DNA of 63,810 nucleotides, filler included, from Vicugna vicugna (lineage: Eukaryota): assembly GCA_013265495.1 (NCBI GenBank). It is 76 parts of 75 records of this genome, joined end to end, with 100 filler letters (N's around TTAATTAATTAA, not from the genome) between each part and the next. Parts side by side here need not be neighbours in the genome. Positions count along the whole stretch, not along the records: positions 25,898 to 26,546 come from MU061708.1; positions 26,647 to 27,066 come from MU061709.1; positions 27,167 to 27,951 come from PNXW01020419.1; positions 28,052 to 28,931 come from MU061712.1; positions 29,032 to 29,552 come from PNXW01020429.1; positions 29,653 to 30,282 come from PNXW01020431.1; positions 30,383 to 31,099 come from PNXW01020432.1; positions 31,200 to 32,082 come from PNXW01020434.1; 68 more parts are not named here. One strand, written 5' to 3'. The notes under the pieces were generated by a model, which did no database searches, was not told the DNA's origin, and saw nothing but the letters and a program-made list of their open reading frames with translations. Numbering within the stretch: the stretch's first letter is position 1; each line of letters begins with the position of its first letter. Below are positions 25,798-38,281 of this stretch, piece by piece. Made by a program: the position numbers and the translations under genes.

Positions 25798-25897
25798 NNN
25801 NNNNNNNNNNNNNNNNNNNNNNNNNNNNNNNNNNNNNNNNNTTAATTAATTAANNNNNNNNNNNNNNNNNNNNNNNNNNNNNNNNNNNNNNNNNNNN

Positions 25898-26546
25898 CTT
25901 TCCGTTAGAACCCACGCGCTGCCGCACGTTGGTGGAACCTTCCCACGCTCAGGATTTTGGAAACATTGTCAGTGCGTGCGGGAGCTCGAGAGACAACTCC
26001 ACGCAGCTCTGTTCAGTCACAGGTGTTCCCTGTTCNNNNNNNNNNNNNNNNNNNNNNNNNNNNNNNNNNNNNNNNNNNNNNNNNNNNNNNNNNNNNNNNN
26101 NNNNNNNNNNNNNNNNNNNNNNNNNNNNNNNNNNNNNNNNNNNNNNNNNNNNNNNNNNNNNNNNNNNNNNNNNNNNNNNNNNNNNNNNNNNNNNNNNNNN
26201 NNNNNNNNNNNNNNNNNNNNNNNNNNNNNNNNNNNNNNNNNNNNNNNNNNNNNNNNNNNNNNNNNNNNNNNNNNNNNNNNNNNNNNNNNNNNNNNNNNNN
26301 NNNNNNNNNNNNATCCCCACGCTCAGGATTCCGGAACCATTGTCAATGCGTGGGGGAGCTCGAGAGACAACTCCACGCAGATCTCTTCAGTCACAGGTGT
26401 TCCCTGTTCGGGGAAGTCCGAGAAATACCTTCCCTGGCTTTGGGGAGGCAGCCTCTGTCACTGGGATAACCTGCAAACCTACCTAGCATTCCCTGGCACA
26501 CAGACATTAGGAAAACGCTTAGGGGAGACGAGCTTAGGCTTTCCGT
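25898..26546 (+). repeat. Satellite A
   Basis: A monomer text. Confidence 0.95.
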
Positions 26547-26646
26547 NNNNNNNNNNNNNNNNNNNNNNNNNNNNNNNNNNNNNNNNNNNNTTAATTAATT
26601 AANNNNNNNNNNNNNNNNNNNNNNNNNNNNNNNNNNNNNNNNNNNN

Positions 26647-27066
26647 TGGGGAGGTTCCACCAACGGTCGGCAGCGCCTGGGTTCTAAGGAATGACTAAGC
26701 ACGTATTCCCTGAGGCTTTTCCTAATGTCTCTGTGCCAGGAAATGCTAGGGGTGATTGCAGGATATCCCAGTGTCAGAGGCTGCCTCCCCAAGGTCAGGG
26801 AAGCTATTTCTCGGACTTCCCCGAACAGGGAACACCNNNNNNNNNNNNNNNNNNNNNNNNNNNNNNNNNNNNNNNNNNNNNNNNNNNNNNNNNNNNNNNN
26901 NNNNNNNNNNNNNNNNNNNNNNNNNNNNNNNNNNNNNNNNNNNNNNNNNNNNGCGCGTGGGTCGGAAAGCCTAAGCTCGTCTCCCCTGAGGGTTTTCTTA
27001 ATGTCTCTCTCCCAGGAAATTCTAGCGTGATTTGCAGGATATCCCTGTGACAGAGGCTTCTTCCCC
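26647..27066 (-). repeat. Satellite A
   Basis: Reverse complement of the A monomer. Confidence 0.93.
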
Positions 27067-27195
27067 NNNNNNNNNNNNNNNNNNNNNNNNNNNNNNNNNN
27101 NNNNNNNNNNTTAATTAATTAANNNNNNNNNNNNNNNNNNNNNNNNNNNNNNNNNNNNNNNNNNNNCTCTGTTTGAAGCTAAAGGAGAGATGCAT

Positions 27196-27786
27196 TGTCG
27201 GAGCCAGCCGAATATAGATCAGGTCCAGAAACCTGTGCTGCAGGACTGAGAAAAGGAAAGACGTAACAAAAAGACAGCAAGACCAGAAAAGTTGGGGTTG
27301 AGAGGGTCTCACTCTAGCTCGCAAGACGCTAGGTCAAGAGTGGACCTCGAGTTTATTTCAGGTGGTTCTTTTATATGATTTTAAACCATTGGCTCATACA
27401 TTCCTCCACGTAGGCAATAAAGCCTAACCTCGTGACTCGTATACATTCAACTCAGGTGATACATTCAACTCAGGTGATTGTTCTCTAAAAGGATCACTGA
27501 TTTGTGTGCCAATTGTATCTCTCCCTCCGAAGGTCTTTTGTGACTTAATAGCTCAAAGATGTTCCCTCAAGGATTAGCGCACCTGGTGCATTCTTTAGTA
27601 AAAGAGTGGCGGGACAGAGATTGTTCTAACTCAATTGACCTTTGAGCCGGGCGCCCCGCACTGTGGGAGTTTAGGCCCAACTTTTGTGCTCGGCAGCCTC
27701 AATCTCAGAGCTTGGCGCCCTGCACTTTGGGGTTTTACGCCCAAGTTTTGTGCTCGGCAGCCCTCCGTCACGAGCGGCTCCCCGAA
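27196..27786 (-). mobile_element. Solo LTR, ERV2/ERVK-like
   Basis: Minus strand: starts TTCGGGGAGCC, U3 tandem repeats, CCAAT (~27390), TATAAAA (27369-27375), AATAAA (27352-27357), ends GGCTCCGACA; imperfect terminal inverted repeats. Confidence 0.75.
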
Positions 27787-28051
27787 ATTTAATCGAAAGG
27801 AGAGATGCATGGTCTGACGTGTTTGCAAAACAAACGAGAAGCAGACCAACAAAGAATCAAAACAACAAACAAGCACCAAAAGGGTACGGTTGGCTGATAT
27901 TTACCAAGGGAAACATGACTATTCAAAAGAAATTACTCAAGGTGATGTCAANNNNNNNNNNNNNNNNNNNNNNNNNNNNNNNNNNNNNNNNNNNNTTAAT
28001 TAATTAANNNNNNNNNNNNNNNNNNNNNNNNNNNNNNNNNNNNNNNNNNNN

Positions 28052-28931
28052 TTAGAATTATTTACTCTGACTTCATAGGTTTTTCCTATCACCAGTGTGT
28101 AAAATCGGATATTTGGCAACCGAAAACTCTCTTTGAGCGAATTCTCATGAATACACATGTAATTTACATTGTTTACATAACCATGGATTTCCGTATTACG
28201 AACATGATTCATGCATCACGGATTCCTCAAACATGCATTTCTNNNNNNNNNNNNNNNNNNNNNNNNNNNNNNNNNNNNNNNNNNNNNNNNNNNNNNNNNN
28301 NNNNNAAACAAGTTACATATGCAGTCTGAAATATTTACATTGACTTTGTAGCTTCTTCCTATCACCAGTTTCAAGAATCACACTTTGATCCCAGAAAAAC
28401 CCTCTTGGAGCCAATTCTACCTTGAGATATGTAATTTGAATAGATTCCTTCTACATGATATTCCGTGTTCCGTACATGCTACATACATGAAGGATTCGAC
28501 AAACATGCATTCCTGAGTGGAGAGCATGTGGATTATTTATCTTTCATCCTCTATACAAGTAATATATTCATCAAGACACGTGTACACATTTTCAAAATCT
28601 TTCCCTAAAACCAGTTTCGTATTCATGCAATTTTCACAGAAAAATACTTCTTCAGCGATTTCCACCTAACAGATATTTAATTTAAATGAATTCCATCAAC
28701 ATGGCATTCCGGGTTCCGTACATGCTACATGCATGACGGATTCGGCAATCATGCGTTTCTGACTTGTGAGCATGTGGATTACTGAACTTTCGTCCACCAA
28801 ACAAGGCGTATATTCACTTAGAAATATTTAGTCTGACTTCATAGATTTTTTCTTTCACCAGTTTCTAATATCGGACATTTGGCACCAGAAAAGATTCTTT
28901 GAGCGAATTCTCACCAATACTCATGTAATTT
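28052..28931 (-). repeat. Satellite E
   Basis: CTGACTTCATAG at 28067 and 28833 (~741 bp after correcting the N gap against other copies). Confidence 0.9.
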
Positions 28932-29125
28932 NNNNNNNNNNNNNNNNNNNNNNNNNNNNNNNNNNNNNNNNNNNNTTAATTAATTAANNNNNNNNNNNNN
29001 NNNNNNNNNNNNNNNNNNNNNNNNNNNNNNNGGCTGCTGCAGGGCACTGAATCCCCGAGGCACGGCCTGTGAGATATGACAGGAACATCTCTGCCCTTGA
29101 CTGGGTGCTTCCGTTTCCCCTGCAG

Positions 29126-29249
29126 GGTAAAAATGCCGGTGACTGAGTTAGAAGCATGCTTCCAAGCTGTCCATATCCTTGGCATCCAGAAGCGGAGCCT
29201 GGAAGCTCCCGAATTTATCCAGAATGCGGTCTACATTCACCTTCAGCAG
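29126..29249 (+). other. Candidate spliced exon of unknown gene
   Basis: TTCCGTTTCCCCTGCAG acceptor, CAG|GTGAGT donor, one open frame ([41 protein letters not shown]); product not recognised. Confidence 0.35.
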
Positions 29250-29652
29250 GTGAGTGTATGTCCTTACACAAGTGGAGGAATTACTGCAGTTTTCCTGGAA
29301 AGGAACTTTCTCACTACAAGTCCATTTAATTTTTCTGTGCTAGGATTCAGTATGGCCTGCTAAAAACTCTGGAGTGAGATCTTGAAACCCTGATGAAGAG
29401 CATTATTTATTTCATTTGTCTATATGATACTCTTACTTTTAAAATTCAGAAGTTTTGGTTGTTTCAGGAATTTTTGTGGGGGGTTGGAGAATCATGTTTG
29501 CTCTTACCATCTTTGCGACCTGTTGCTTTGTGTCTCTCACCTGTCTTCTGTCNNNNNNNNNNNNNNNNNNNNNNNNNNNNNNNNNNNNNNNNNNNNTTAA
29601 TTAATTAANNNNNNNNNNNNNNNNNNNNNNNNNNNNNNNNNNNNNNNNNNNN

Positions 29653-30282
29653 AAATAACTTCCCTGACCTTGGGCATGCAGCCTCTGTCACTGGGATTAC
29701 CTGCAACCCCCCCAGCATTCCCTAGGACAGAGACATTAGGAAAACACTCAGGGGAGACGAGCACAGGCATTCCCTTAGAACCCAGGCGCTGCCGACCGTT
29801 TGTGGAACCTCCCCACGCTCAGGATTCTGGAATCATAGTCGTTGAGTGTGGGAGCTCGAGAGTCAACTCCACGCAGCTCTCTTAAGTGACAGGAGTTCCC
29901 TGCTCGGGGAAGTCCGAGAAATAACTTCCCTGAACTTATGGAGGCAGCCTCTGTCACTGGGATTTCCTGCAACCCCCACTAGCATACCCTGGCACAGAGA
30001 AATGAGGAAAAATCTCAGGGGAGACGAGCACAGGCTTTCCGTTAGAACCCACGCGCTGCCGACTTTTGGTGGAACCTCCATGGAACCTAACTCAGGATTC
30101 CGGAATCATTGTCACTGAGTGGGGGAGCTCCAGAGAAAACTCCACGAAGGTCTCTTCAGTCACAGGTGTTCCCTGCTCGGGGAACTCCGAGAAATACCTT
30201 CCCTGAACATGGGGCTGCAGCCTCTGTGACTGGGAATTTCTGCAACCCCCCCTAGCATTCCCTGGCACAGAGAAATGAGGAA
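29653..30282 (+). repeat. Satellite A (variant subfamily)
   Basis: A monomer with shared variants (GAGCACAGG, TGCTCGGG, GAAATGAGG). Confidence 0.93.
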
Positions 30283-32004
30283 NNNNNNNNNNNNNNNNNN
30301 NNNNNNNNNNNNNNNNNNNNNNNNNNTTAATTAATTAANNNNNNNNNNNNNNNNNNNNNNNNNNNNNNNNNNNNNNNNNNNNGCTTCTTTCCATCAGCTG
30401 AGATAATTTAGAGCTGATGGTGCTTACAGTCAGCAGCAGCAGGAAAGTAGGTTGTGAGTATGAATAACTCTTGGAAAGAAAATGCTTTTACTAGGAGCAT
30501 CTGAAAATATCTCCAACTATAGATTTTATAAATTGAACCTGATCTACAGAATTTTGGCACTGAAAACGTCTGGAGGGAGCAGGTCAAACTCCTCTTTTTA
30601 TAAATGGAAAAAAATGAGGTTCAGCTACCAGTAGAAAGTGACATTTGTCTTTTACAATGTAATAAGCTTCTAATAATCCCCATTATGAATAGTTCCCATT
30701 GTTTACAAAAGATGGGGGTCAAAGCGTATGTTGGTGAAAGACTGTACATTCAGAGATGAAAGCTGAAACTTAGACAAAATTAGACGTTCATAATGTTTTT
30801 GAGTCCTGAGAAACAAAAGCGTATCATATTGGCAGCATACAAAAAATACTGAAGAAAGTTTTTGGTCACTTAAACTGAAAATTTTAAATTTAAATTTGCC
30901 AACTAATAAGTGTAAATTTTCATTGGAACATTCTTGTTGAAAAATTGAAAATGAAGACTCATTTCACTTTATCGTTCTTCCTTATTTAAAATTGTTTAAT
31001 TTGTTTTTTAGTTTTTTAATTGAAATGTTTAACTTTTATTGCGAATGCATGCTTCATTGTTCAGAGAGGCCAGCGTTGTTGTAGTGAGACCTTGGGAATN
31101 NNNNNNNNNNNNNNNNNNNNNNNNNNNNNNNNNNNNNNNNNNNTTAATTAATTAANNNNNNNNNNNNNNNNNNNNNNNNNNNNNNNNNNNNNNNNNNNNC
31201 CACCTGAAATCACTCCTTTCTGCTTTTTAAAGTCCCTTCATCTAATCCAAACATTTCAACAGCAAAGAAGCAGCTCAACCACAGACAGTGGACACCTTTT
31301 CACCAAATTACTCGAACAGCCCATCAGACTACCTGGAAGCCCTTTACTTCTATTAAACCGACTTCCAGGTACTTCATCATTTTCTGATTGGTGGCCTTGG
31401 CCTCTGACTGGCCTATTCAGAGAGCTCCCAGCCTCACATCCGGGGGTGGGAGAGGACCCTGTTATTGGGAGTAATCAGAGGAAGGTGTACATACTCCAGT
31501 CAGGTCTGCACAGCAAGAAGTGCCACAACGTGCTAAGAAATTATACCGTCATTACCCCTGGGCTCCCATGGACTGGTTTCACATTAACCAAACTCATGAG
31601 ACACTGATGCAAGAAAACCAGAAATTTAACTTCTTAATGTAACAGAAGACGTGAAACTATGAACCAGACTGCAATATCAGAGTTCAACCATGAGTACATG
31701 TTCTCTTCAACGGCCCAATCACAGGCAGTCACATGACAAGCGTGGACAGAAGCAGAGCAGGAAGGGTTTCTAGATTAATTCAATGGACTAAATTTCTGTA
31801 ATACCAACAGATCTACTGCCTGGAAAATAATTAACGCTAATCAAGGTTCACTATCCTTGGACAGTGGCCGAGACACGACTGTGAGCACCTGTGTAACTCT
31901 CCTTTACTCCTTTCCCTATCCTTTCTGGGCTAACTGATGCACAGACGTACAGAAATCCAGGGATGCAGATACATCTAAACACACAAAGCCCATTCTGGGA
32001 GCCT

Positions 32005-32082
32005 CAAAGCAGACAGCCAGAGTTAAAATACCAGCTTTGCCACTTACTAGTTCTGTGACTTTGGCCAACTTACTTACCCTCT
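32005..32082 (+). mobile_element. MIR fragment
   Basis: CCAGCTTTGCCACTTACTAGTTCTGTGACTTTGGCCAAC MIR motif. Confidence 0.7.
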
Positions 32083-32433
32083 NNNNNNNNNNNNNNNNNN
32101 NNNNNNNNNNNNNNNNNNNNNNNNNNTTAATTAATTAANNNNNNNNNNNNNNNNNNNNNNNNNNNNNNNNNNNNNNNNNNNNTGAATGACTATTGTTAAG
32201 CACCATTATTGCTCTACAAAAAGATCTTGCCCTGTGGGCAAGGACCTGGCAACCCAAAGCCAGTTGTGACGCCTCAAGGGCCTTTTACTTTGCATACAAA
32301 GAAGTTCTCGCCTTTCTCGGTAGGATTGGAGACACTGAGAATTAGCAGTTACTGCTACTTGCAATAACATGGATGAATCTCACAAAATTGAGTGCAAGAA
32401 GTCAGACAGTAAAGGATAAATATTGCATAAATC

Positions 32434-32667
32434 TGTATTCTCTAAAGTTGCTGAAACAAACTACTACAAATGGCTTAAACAACAAAAATTTATTATCTCA
32501 CAGCTCTGGAGGTCAGAGGTCTGAGTTCATGATGTCAGCAGGGTTGGTTTCTTCTGTGAACTGTGAGGGAAGAATCTGTTCCAGTCTCTCTCCTTGGCTT
32601 GTAGGTGGCCACTTTCTATGTCTTCACATCATCTTCCTTCTTTATGTGTCTGTCCAAGATTCCTCTT
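32434..32667 (-). mobile_element. MLT1 (ERVL-MaLR) LTR fragment
   Basis: TGGCTTAAACAAC..AAATTTATT.TCTCACAG.TCTGGAGG.CAGA hallmark. Confidence 0.8.
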
Positions 32668-32758
32668 ATTTTTTTATTGAAGTGTAGTTCATTTACAGAA
32701 TTATATTAGATTAAGGTGTATAGAATAATGATTCAATATTTTTATAGATTATACTCCC
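32668..32758 (-). mobile_element. LINE-1 3' end inserted into the MLT1
   Basis: T-tract followed by ATTGAAGTGTAGTTCATTTACA...GATTCAATATTTTTATAGATTATACTCC. Confidence 0.7.
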
Positions 32759-32858
32759 NNNNNNNNNNNNNNNNNNNNNNNNNNNNNNNNNNNNNNNNNN
32801 NNTTAATTAATTAANNNNNNNNNNNNNNNNNNNNNNNNNNNNNNNNNNNNNNNNNNNN

Positions 32859-33068
32859 GTATACGGTGCAAGAGAATATGGTCTAAATTCATTCTTTTAC
32901 AGGCAGCTGCCCCGTTTTCCCAGCTCCACTTATTGAGGAGACTGTCTGTTCTCCATTGTATATTCTTGCCTCCTTTGCTGTAGGTAAATTGACCACAGGT
33001 GTGTAAGTTTATTTCTGCGTTCTCTATTCCGTTGCATTGATCGATGTGTCTGGTTTTGTGCCAGTACA
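32859..33068 (-). mobile_element. LINE-1 ORF2 fragment
   Basis: YWHKTRHIDQCNGIENAEINLHTCGQFTYSKGGKNIQWRTDSLLNKWSWENG matches L1 ORF2p. Confidence 0.92.
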
Positions 33069-33523
33069 CCCATTCTGTAATACAAGTATTTCATATCCCT
33101 GTAACTTCCCATATCCTATTTTCATCTCTCAGCTTGAAATTTTCTTTCCAACCTAACTGATGACTTCCTACTGATCCTTTAAGGTTAAGATTCATATGTG
33201 TTCCATTACTACTTAACAAAATAAAATTAGTTATTCTATCAATTGTAATTCTATAGCCCTATTTGGAGATATCTTATATTCTTTTCTCTACTTGTATGTG
33301 ATAAAACAGTAAAAAAAAATTTTAAAAGTGCATATTCTCAGCTACAACTACAGAGACTGCAGTTTGTTGTATGTGTTACTGTGTGTTATATGTGAGAGTC
33401 ATGGATGAGAAGGAATTCAGAACNNNNNNNNNNNNNNNNNNNNNNNNNNNNNNNNNNNNNNNNNNNNTTAATTAATTAANNNNNNNNNNNNNNNNNNNNN
33501 NNNNNNNNNNNNNNNNNNNNNNN

Positions 33524-34015
33524 CTTAGAAATATTTACTCTGACTTCATATATTTTTTTCTATCACCATGTTTTAAATCAGAGTTTTGGCATGAGAATAC
33601 ACTCTTTGAGTGAATTCTCACCAACACACATGAATTTACATTTTTTACATAACCATGGCATTCCGTATTCCGAACATGTTTCATGCATCACGGATTCCTC
33701 AAACATGCATTTCTGAGTTGTGTACATGCGCATGACTAACTGATGTTACAACCACCAAACAATACCTATGCACTTTGAAATATATACTTGGCTTGGTTGC
33801 TTCTTTCTATCACCAGTGTCAAGAATCACACTTTGATCCCAGAAAAACCCTCTTGGAGCGAATTCTAACCTAGAGATATGAAATTTGAATAGATTCCATC
33901 TACATGATATTCCGTGTTTCGTACATGCTACGTATATGACGGATATGACAAACATGAATTCCTGAGTTGGGAGCATCTGGATTACTGATCTTTCATCCTC
34001 TATAAAAGGAATATT
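33524..34015 (-). repeat. Satellite E
   Basis: Same blocks as other E scaffolds. Confidence 0.88.
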
Positions 34016-34115
34016 NNNNNNNNNNNNNNNNNNNNNNNNNNNNNNNNNNNNNNNNNNNNTTAATTAATTAANNNNNNNNNNNNNNNNNNNNNNNNNNNNN
34101 NNNNNNNNNNNNNNN

Positions 34116-35138
34116 ATATAGAATGTAGAACACAGAATTTAGATTATAGAATAGAGAATATAAAACCCCGAATTTAGTACATGGAATGCAGAACACAGAA
34201 TTTAGAATATAGAATACAGTATACTGAATACAGTATGCAGAATATAGAATGTAGAACACAGAATATAGATTATGGAAAACAGAATACNNNNNNNNNNNNN
34301 NNNNNNNNNNNNNNNNNNNNNNNNNNNNNNNNNNNNNNNNNNNNNNNNNNNNNNNNNNNNNNNNNNNNNNNNNNNNNNNNNNNNNNNNNNNNNNNNNNNN
34401 NNNNNNNNNNNNNNNNNNNNNNNNNNNNNNNNNNNNNNNNNNNNNNNNNNNNNNNNNNNNNNNNNNNNNNNNNNNNNNNNNNNNNNNNNNNNNNNNNNNN
34501 NNNNNNNNNNNNNNNNNNNNNNNNNNNNNNNNNNNNNNNNNNNNNNNNNNNNNNNNNNNNNNNNNNNNNNNNNNNNNNNNNNNNNNNNNNNNNNNNNNNN
34601 NNNNNNNNNNNNNNNNNNNNNNNNNNNNNNNNNNNNNNNNNNNNNNNNNNNNNNNNNNNNNNNNNNNNNNNNNNNNNNNNNNNNNNNNNNNNNNNNNNNN
34701 NNNNNNNNNNNNNNNNNNNNNNNNNNNNNNNNNNNNNNNNNNNNNNNNNNNNNNNNNNNNNNNNNNNNNNNNNNNNNNNNNNNNNNNNNNNNNNNNNNNN
34801 NNNNNNNNNNNNNNNNNNNNNNNNNNNNNNNNNNNNNNNNNNNNNNNNNNNNNNNNNNNNNNNNNNNNNNNNNNNNNNNNNNNNNNNNNNNNNNNNNNNN
34901 NNNNNNNNNNNNNNNNNNNNNNNNNNNNNNNNNNNNNNNNNNNNNNNNNNNNNNNNNNNNNNNNNNNNNNNNNNNNNNNNNNNNNNNNNNNNNNNNNNNN
35001 NNNNNNNNNNNNNNNNNNNNNAGAAAACAGAATATAGAATATGGAGATCAGAATACAGAACCCAGAATTTAGAACATGGAATGCAGGACACATAATTTAG
35101 AATATACAATACAAAATACTGAATATAGAATTTAGAAT
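34116..35138 (+). repeat. Satellite D heptamer
   Basis: 7-bp periodicity on both sides of the gap. Confidence 0.95.
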
Positions 35139-35238
35139 NNNNNNNNNNNNNNNNNNNNNNNNNNNNNNNNNNNNNNNNNNNNTTAATTAATTAANNNNNN
35201 NNNNNNNNNNNNNNNNNNNNNNNNNNNNNNNNNNNNNN

Positions 35239-36275
35239 GCACAGAGACATTAGGAAAAGCCTCAGGGGAGACGAGCTAAGGCTGCCCGTTAGAACCCAAG
35301 CGCTGCTGACCGATGGTGGATCCTCCCCACGCTCATGATTCCGGAACCATTGTCAGTGCATGGGGCAGCTCGAGAGACAACTCCACGCAGCTCTCTTCAG
35401 TCACAGGTGTTCCCTGTTCGGGGAAGCCCGAGAAATAACTTCCCTGACCTTGGGGAGGCAGCCTCTGTCACTGGGATATCCTGCAAACCTCCCTAGCATT
35501 CCCTGGCACAGAGATATTAGGAAAATCCTCAGGGGAGTCGAGCATAAGCTTTCTGTTAGAACCCGCGCGCTCTCGACCGTTGGGGAACCTCCCCACGCTC
35601 AGGATTCCGGAACCATTATCAGTGCGTGGGGGAGCTCGAGAGACAACTCCACGCAGCTCTCTTCAGTCACAGGTGTTCCCTGTTCGGGGAAGTCCGAGAA
35701 ATACCTTCCCTGACCTTGGGGAGGAAGCCTCTGTNNNNNNNNNNNNNNNNNNNNNNNNNNNNNNNNNNNNNNNNNNNNNNNNNNNNNNNNNNNNNNNNNN
35801 NNNNNNNNNNNNNNNNNNNNNNNNNNNNNNNNNNNNNNNNNNNNNNNNNNNNNNNNNNNNNNNNNNNNNNNNNNNNNNNNNNNNNNNNNNNNNNNNNNNN
35901 NNNNNNNNNNNNNNNNNNNNNNNNNNNNNNNNNNNNNNNNNNNNNNNNNNNNNNNNNNNNNNNNNNNNNNNNNNNNNNNNNNNNNNNNNNNNNNNNNNNN
36001 NNNNNNNNNNNNNNNNNNNNNNNNNNNNNNNNNNNNNNNNNNNNNNNNNNNNNNNNNNNNNNNNNNNNNNNNNNNNNNNNNNNNNNNNNNNNNNNNNNNN
36101 NNNNNNNNNNNNNNNNNNNNNNNNNNNNNNNNNNNNNNNNNNNNCGTGGGGGAGCTCGAGAGACAACTCCACGCAGCTCTCTTCAGTCACAGGTGTTCCC
36201 TGTTCGGGGAAGTCGGAGAAATACGTTACCTGTCCTTAGGGAGGCAGCCTCTGTCACTGGGATATCCTGCAACCA
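35239..36275 (+). repeat. Satellite A
   Basis: A monomer text. Confidence 0.95.
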
Positions 36276-36375
36276 NNNNNNNNNNNNNNNNNNNNNNNNN
36301 NNNNNNNNNNNNNNNNNNNTTAATTAATTAANNNNNNNNNNNNNNNNNNNNNNNNNNNNNNNNNNNNNNNNNNNN

Positions 36376-37184
36376 GAACACAATTTTAGAATATAGAAAA
36401 CAGAATACTGAATATAGAATATTGAATAGAGAATGTTGAACACAGAACATAGAATATAGAATACAGAATACTGAATATAGAATTTAGAATATACAATGTA
36501 GAACACAGAATATAGAATATAGAGTATATAATGTAGAACCCAGAATTTAGAACGTGGAATGCAGAACACAGAATTTAGAGTATATATTACAAAATACTGA
36601 ATATAAAATTTAGATTATAAAATGTAGAACAAAGAATATGAAATATCGAAAACGGAATGCAGAATATAGAACACAGAATATAGAACACAAAATTTAGAAC
36701 ATGGGATGCACAACACAGAATTTAGAATATAGAATACCGAATAATGAATATAGAATATGAATATACAATTTTGAACACAGAATTTAGAATATAGAATAAA
36801 GTATACTGAATATAGTATTTAGAATATAGAATGTACAACACAGAATATAGAAACCAGAAATAAGAACATGGAATGTAGAACACAGAATTTAGAATATAAC
36901 AGAATATCGAATTTAGAATATAGAATGTAGAACACAGAATATAGAATTTAGAAAACAGAATACTGAATAAAGAATTTAGAATATAGAATGTAGAACACAG
37001 AATTTAGTATATAGGTATAGAATACTGAATATAGAATTTAGACTATAGAATGTAGAACACAGAATATAGAATATAGAATACAGAATATAGAACAAAAAAA
37101 TTAGAACATGGAATGTAGAACAGAGAATTTAGAATATACAATACCTAATACTGAATATAGAATATGAATATACAATGTAGAACC
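36376..37184 (+). repeat. Satellite D heptamer
   Basis: 7-bp periodicity. Confidence 0.95.
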
Positions 37185-38123
37185 NNNNNNNNNNNNNNNN
37201 NNNNNNNNNNNNNNNNNNNNNNNNNNNNTTAATTAATTAANNNNNNNNNNNNNNNNNNNNNNNNNNNNNNNNNNNNNNNNNNNNTTTCTGAAGTGATTTC
37301 TGAGAACTGTCTATGGTAATTAACCAATAATGACAAACGGAGACACACATTGCATTTAAAAACTGGCCGGCTTCAAACTTGGGTATTGGACAGGTGGATT
37401 TCATAGGCAAGTGGTCAGGTGGATGGGAGAGAGATGGAGNNNNNNNNNNNNNNNNNNNNNNNNNNNNNNNNNNNNNNNNNNNNNNNNNNAGGGCCTTGGA
37501 CTAGAATGTAACCTCTCAACCTGTTGGAGAATCTGTGAAATGGGCATGATAATATTCATTTCTTCCAGGGATTTTTGTATGTTCTAAAGAGTATTATAGT
37601 ATACATGAAGCACTTAACACACTGGCACTTAGCAGTGTACACTTTGTGCGGCCGCCACGCTTGGCGTGTGTCAGAACCGGAAAGGCAGTATTTGTCTATT
37701 GAGGATGCACTGGTAGCCCCTTGGCTAGGTTGTGAATTTGGTGATTTCCTTTAACACTTGTAGCTCTTTGTGCCATGGACAGTTATTTTCATGGACAGAT
37801 GAGGAATCTCAGGGTAAAAAAGACTGTGTAATTTGCCCAAAGTCAGACCATAATTTTGGGTGCAGGGACCTCGGTTCGGCATGGGCCCCTGGGCCTTCTG
37901 CCCTCTCCATTCAGCACCAGAGCTAGATGTGGGATCGGCTGTTTCCCAGCCCAGAATATCCGGCAGGCCGCAGGACAAACCTGGCCCTGCGCTGCTTCAG
38001 CAAAAACTCCGGAGGAGAGGCAGNNNNNNNNNNNNNNNNNNNNNNNNNNNNNNNNNNNNNNNNNNNNTTAATTAATTAANNNNNNNNNNNNNNNNNNNNN
38101 NNNNNNNNNNNNNNNNNNNNNNN

Positions 38124-38281
38124 AGTGCCCACTGGGAGCCGCAAGGGCTGATCTGGCTCACCGAGGAGGTTCGCTTATAGATGCGAAAGAAATTCTCCTC
38201 TGAGTTGATCCCCACGTGTTGGACCACAACGGGAAGAGTCTCATAGACCTCAGCACACTGCACGTAGTCAGGGATGCTCAT
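38124..38281 (-). pseudogene. TRAPPC9: TRAPPC9-like first coding exon, partial (cut by the scaffold end); diverged duplicate
   Basis: [52 protein letters not shown] vs recalled human N-terminus [52 protein letters not shown]; polypyrimidine tract and CAG acceptor 10 nt upstream of the ATG. Pseudogene status is inferred; no stop is seen. Confidence 0.85.
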
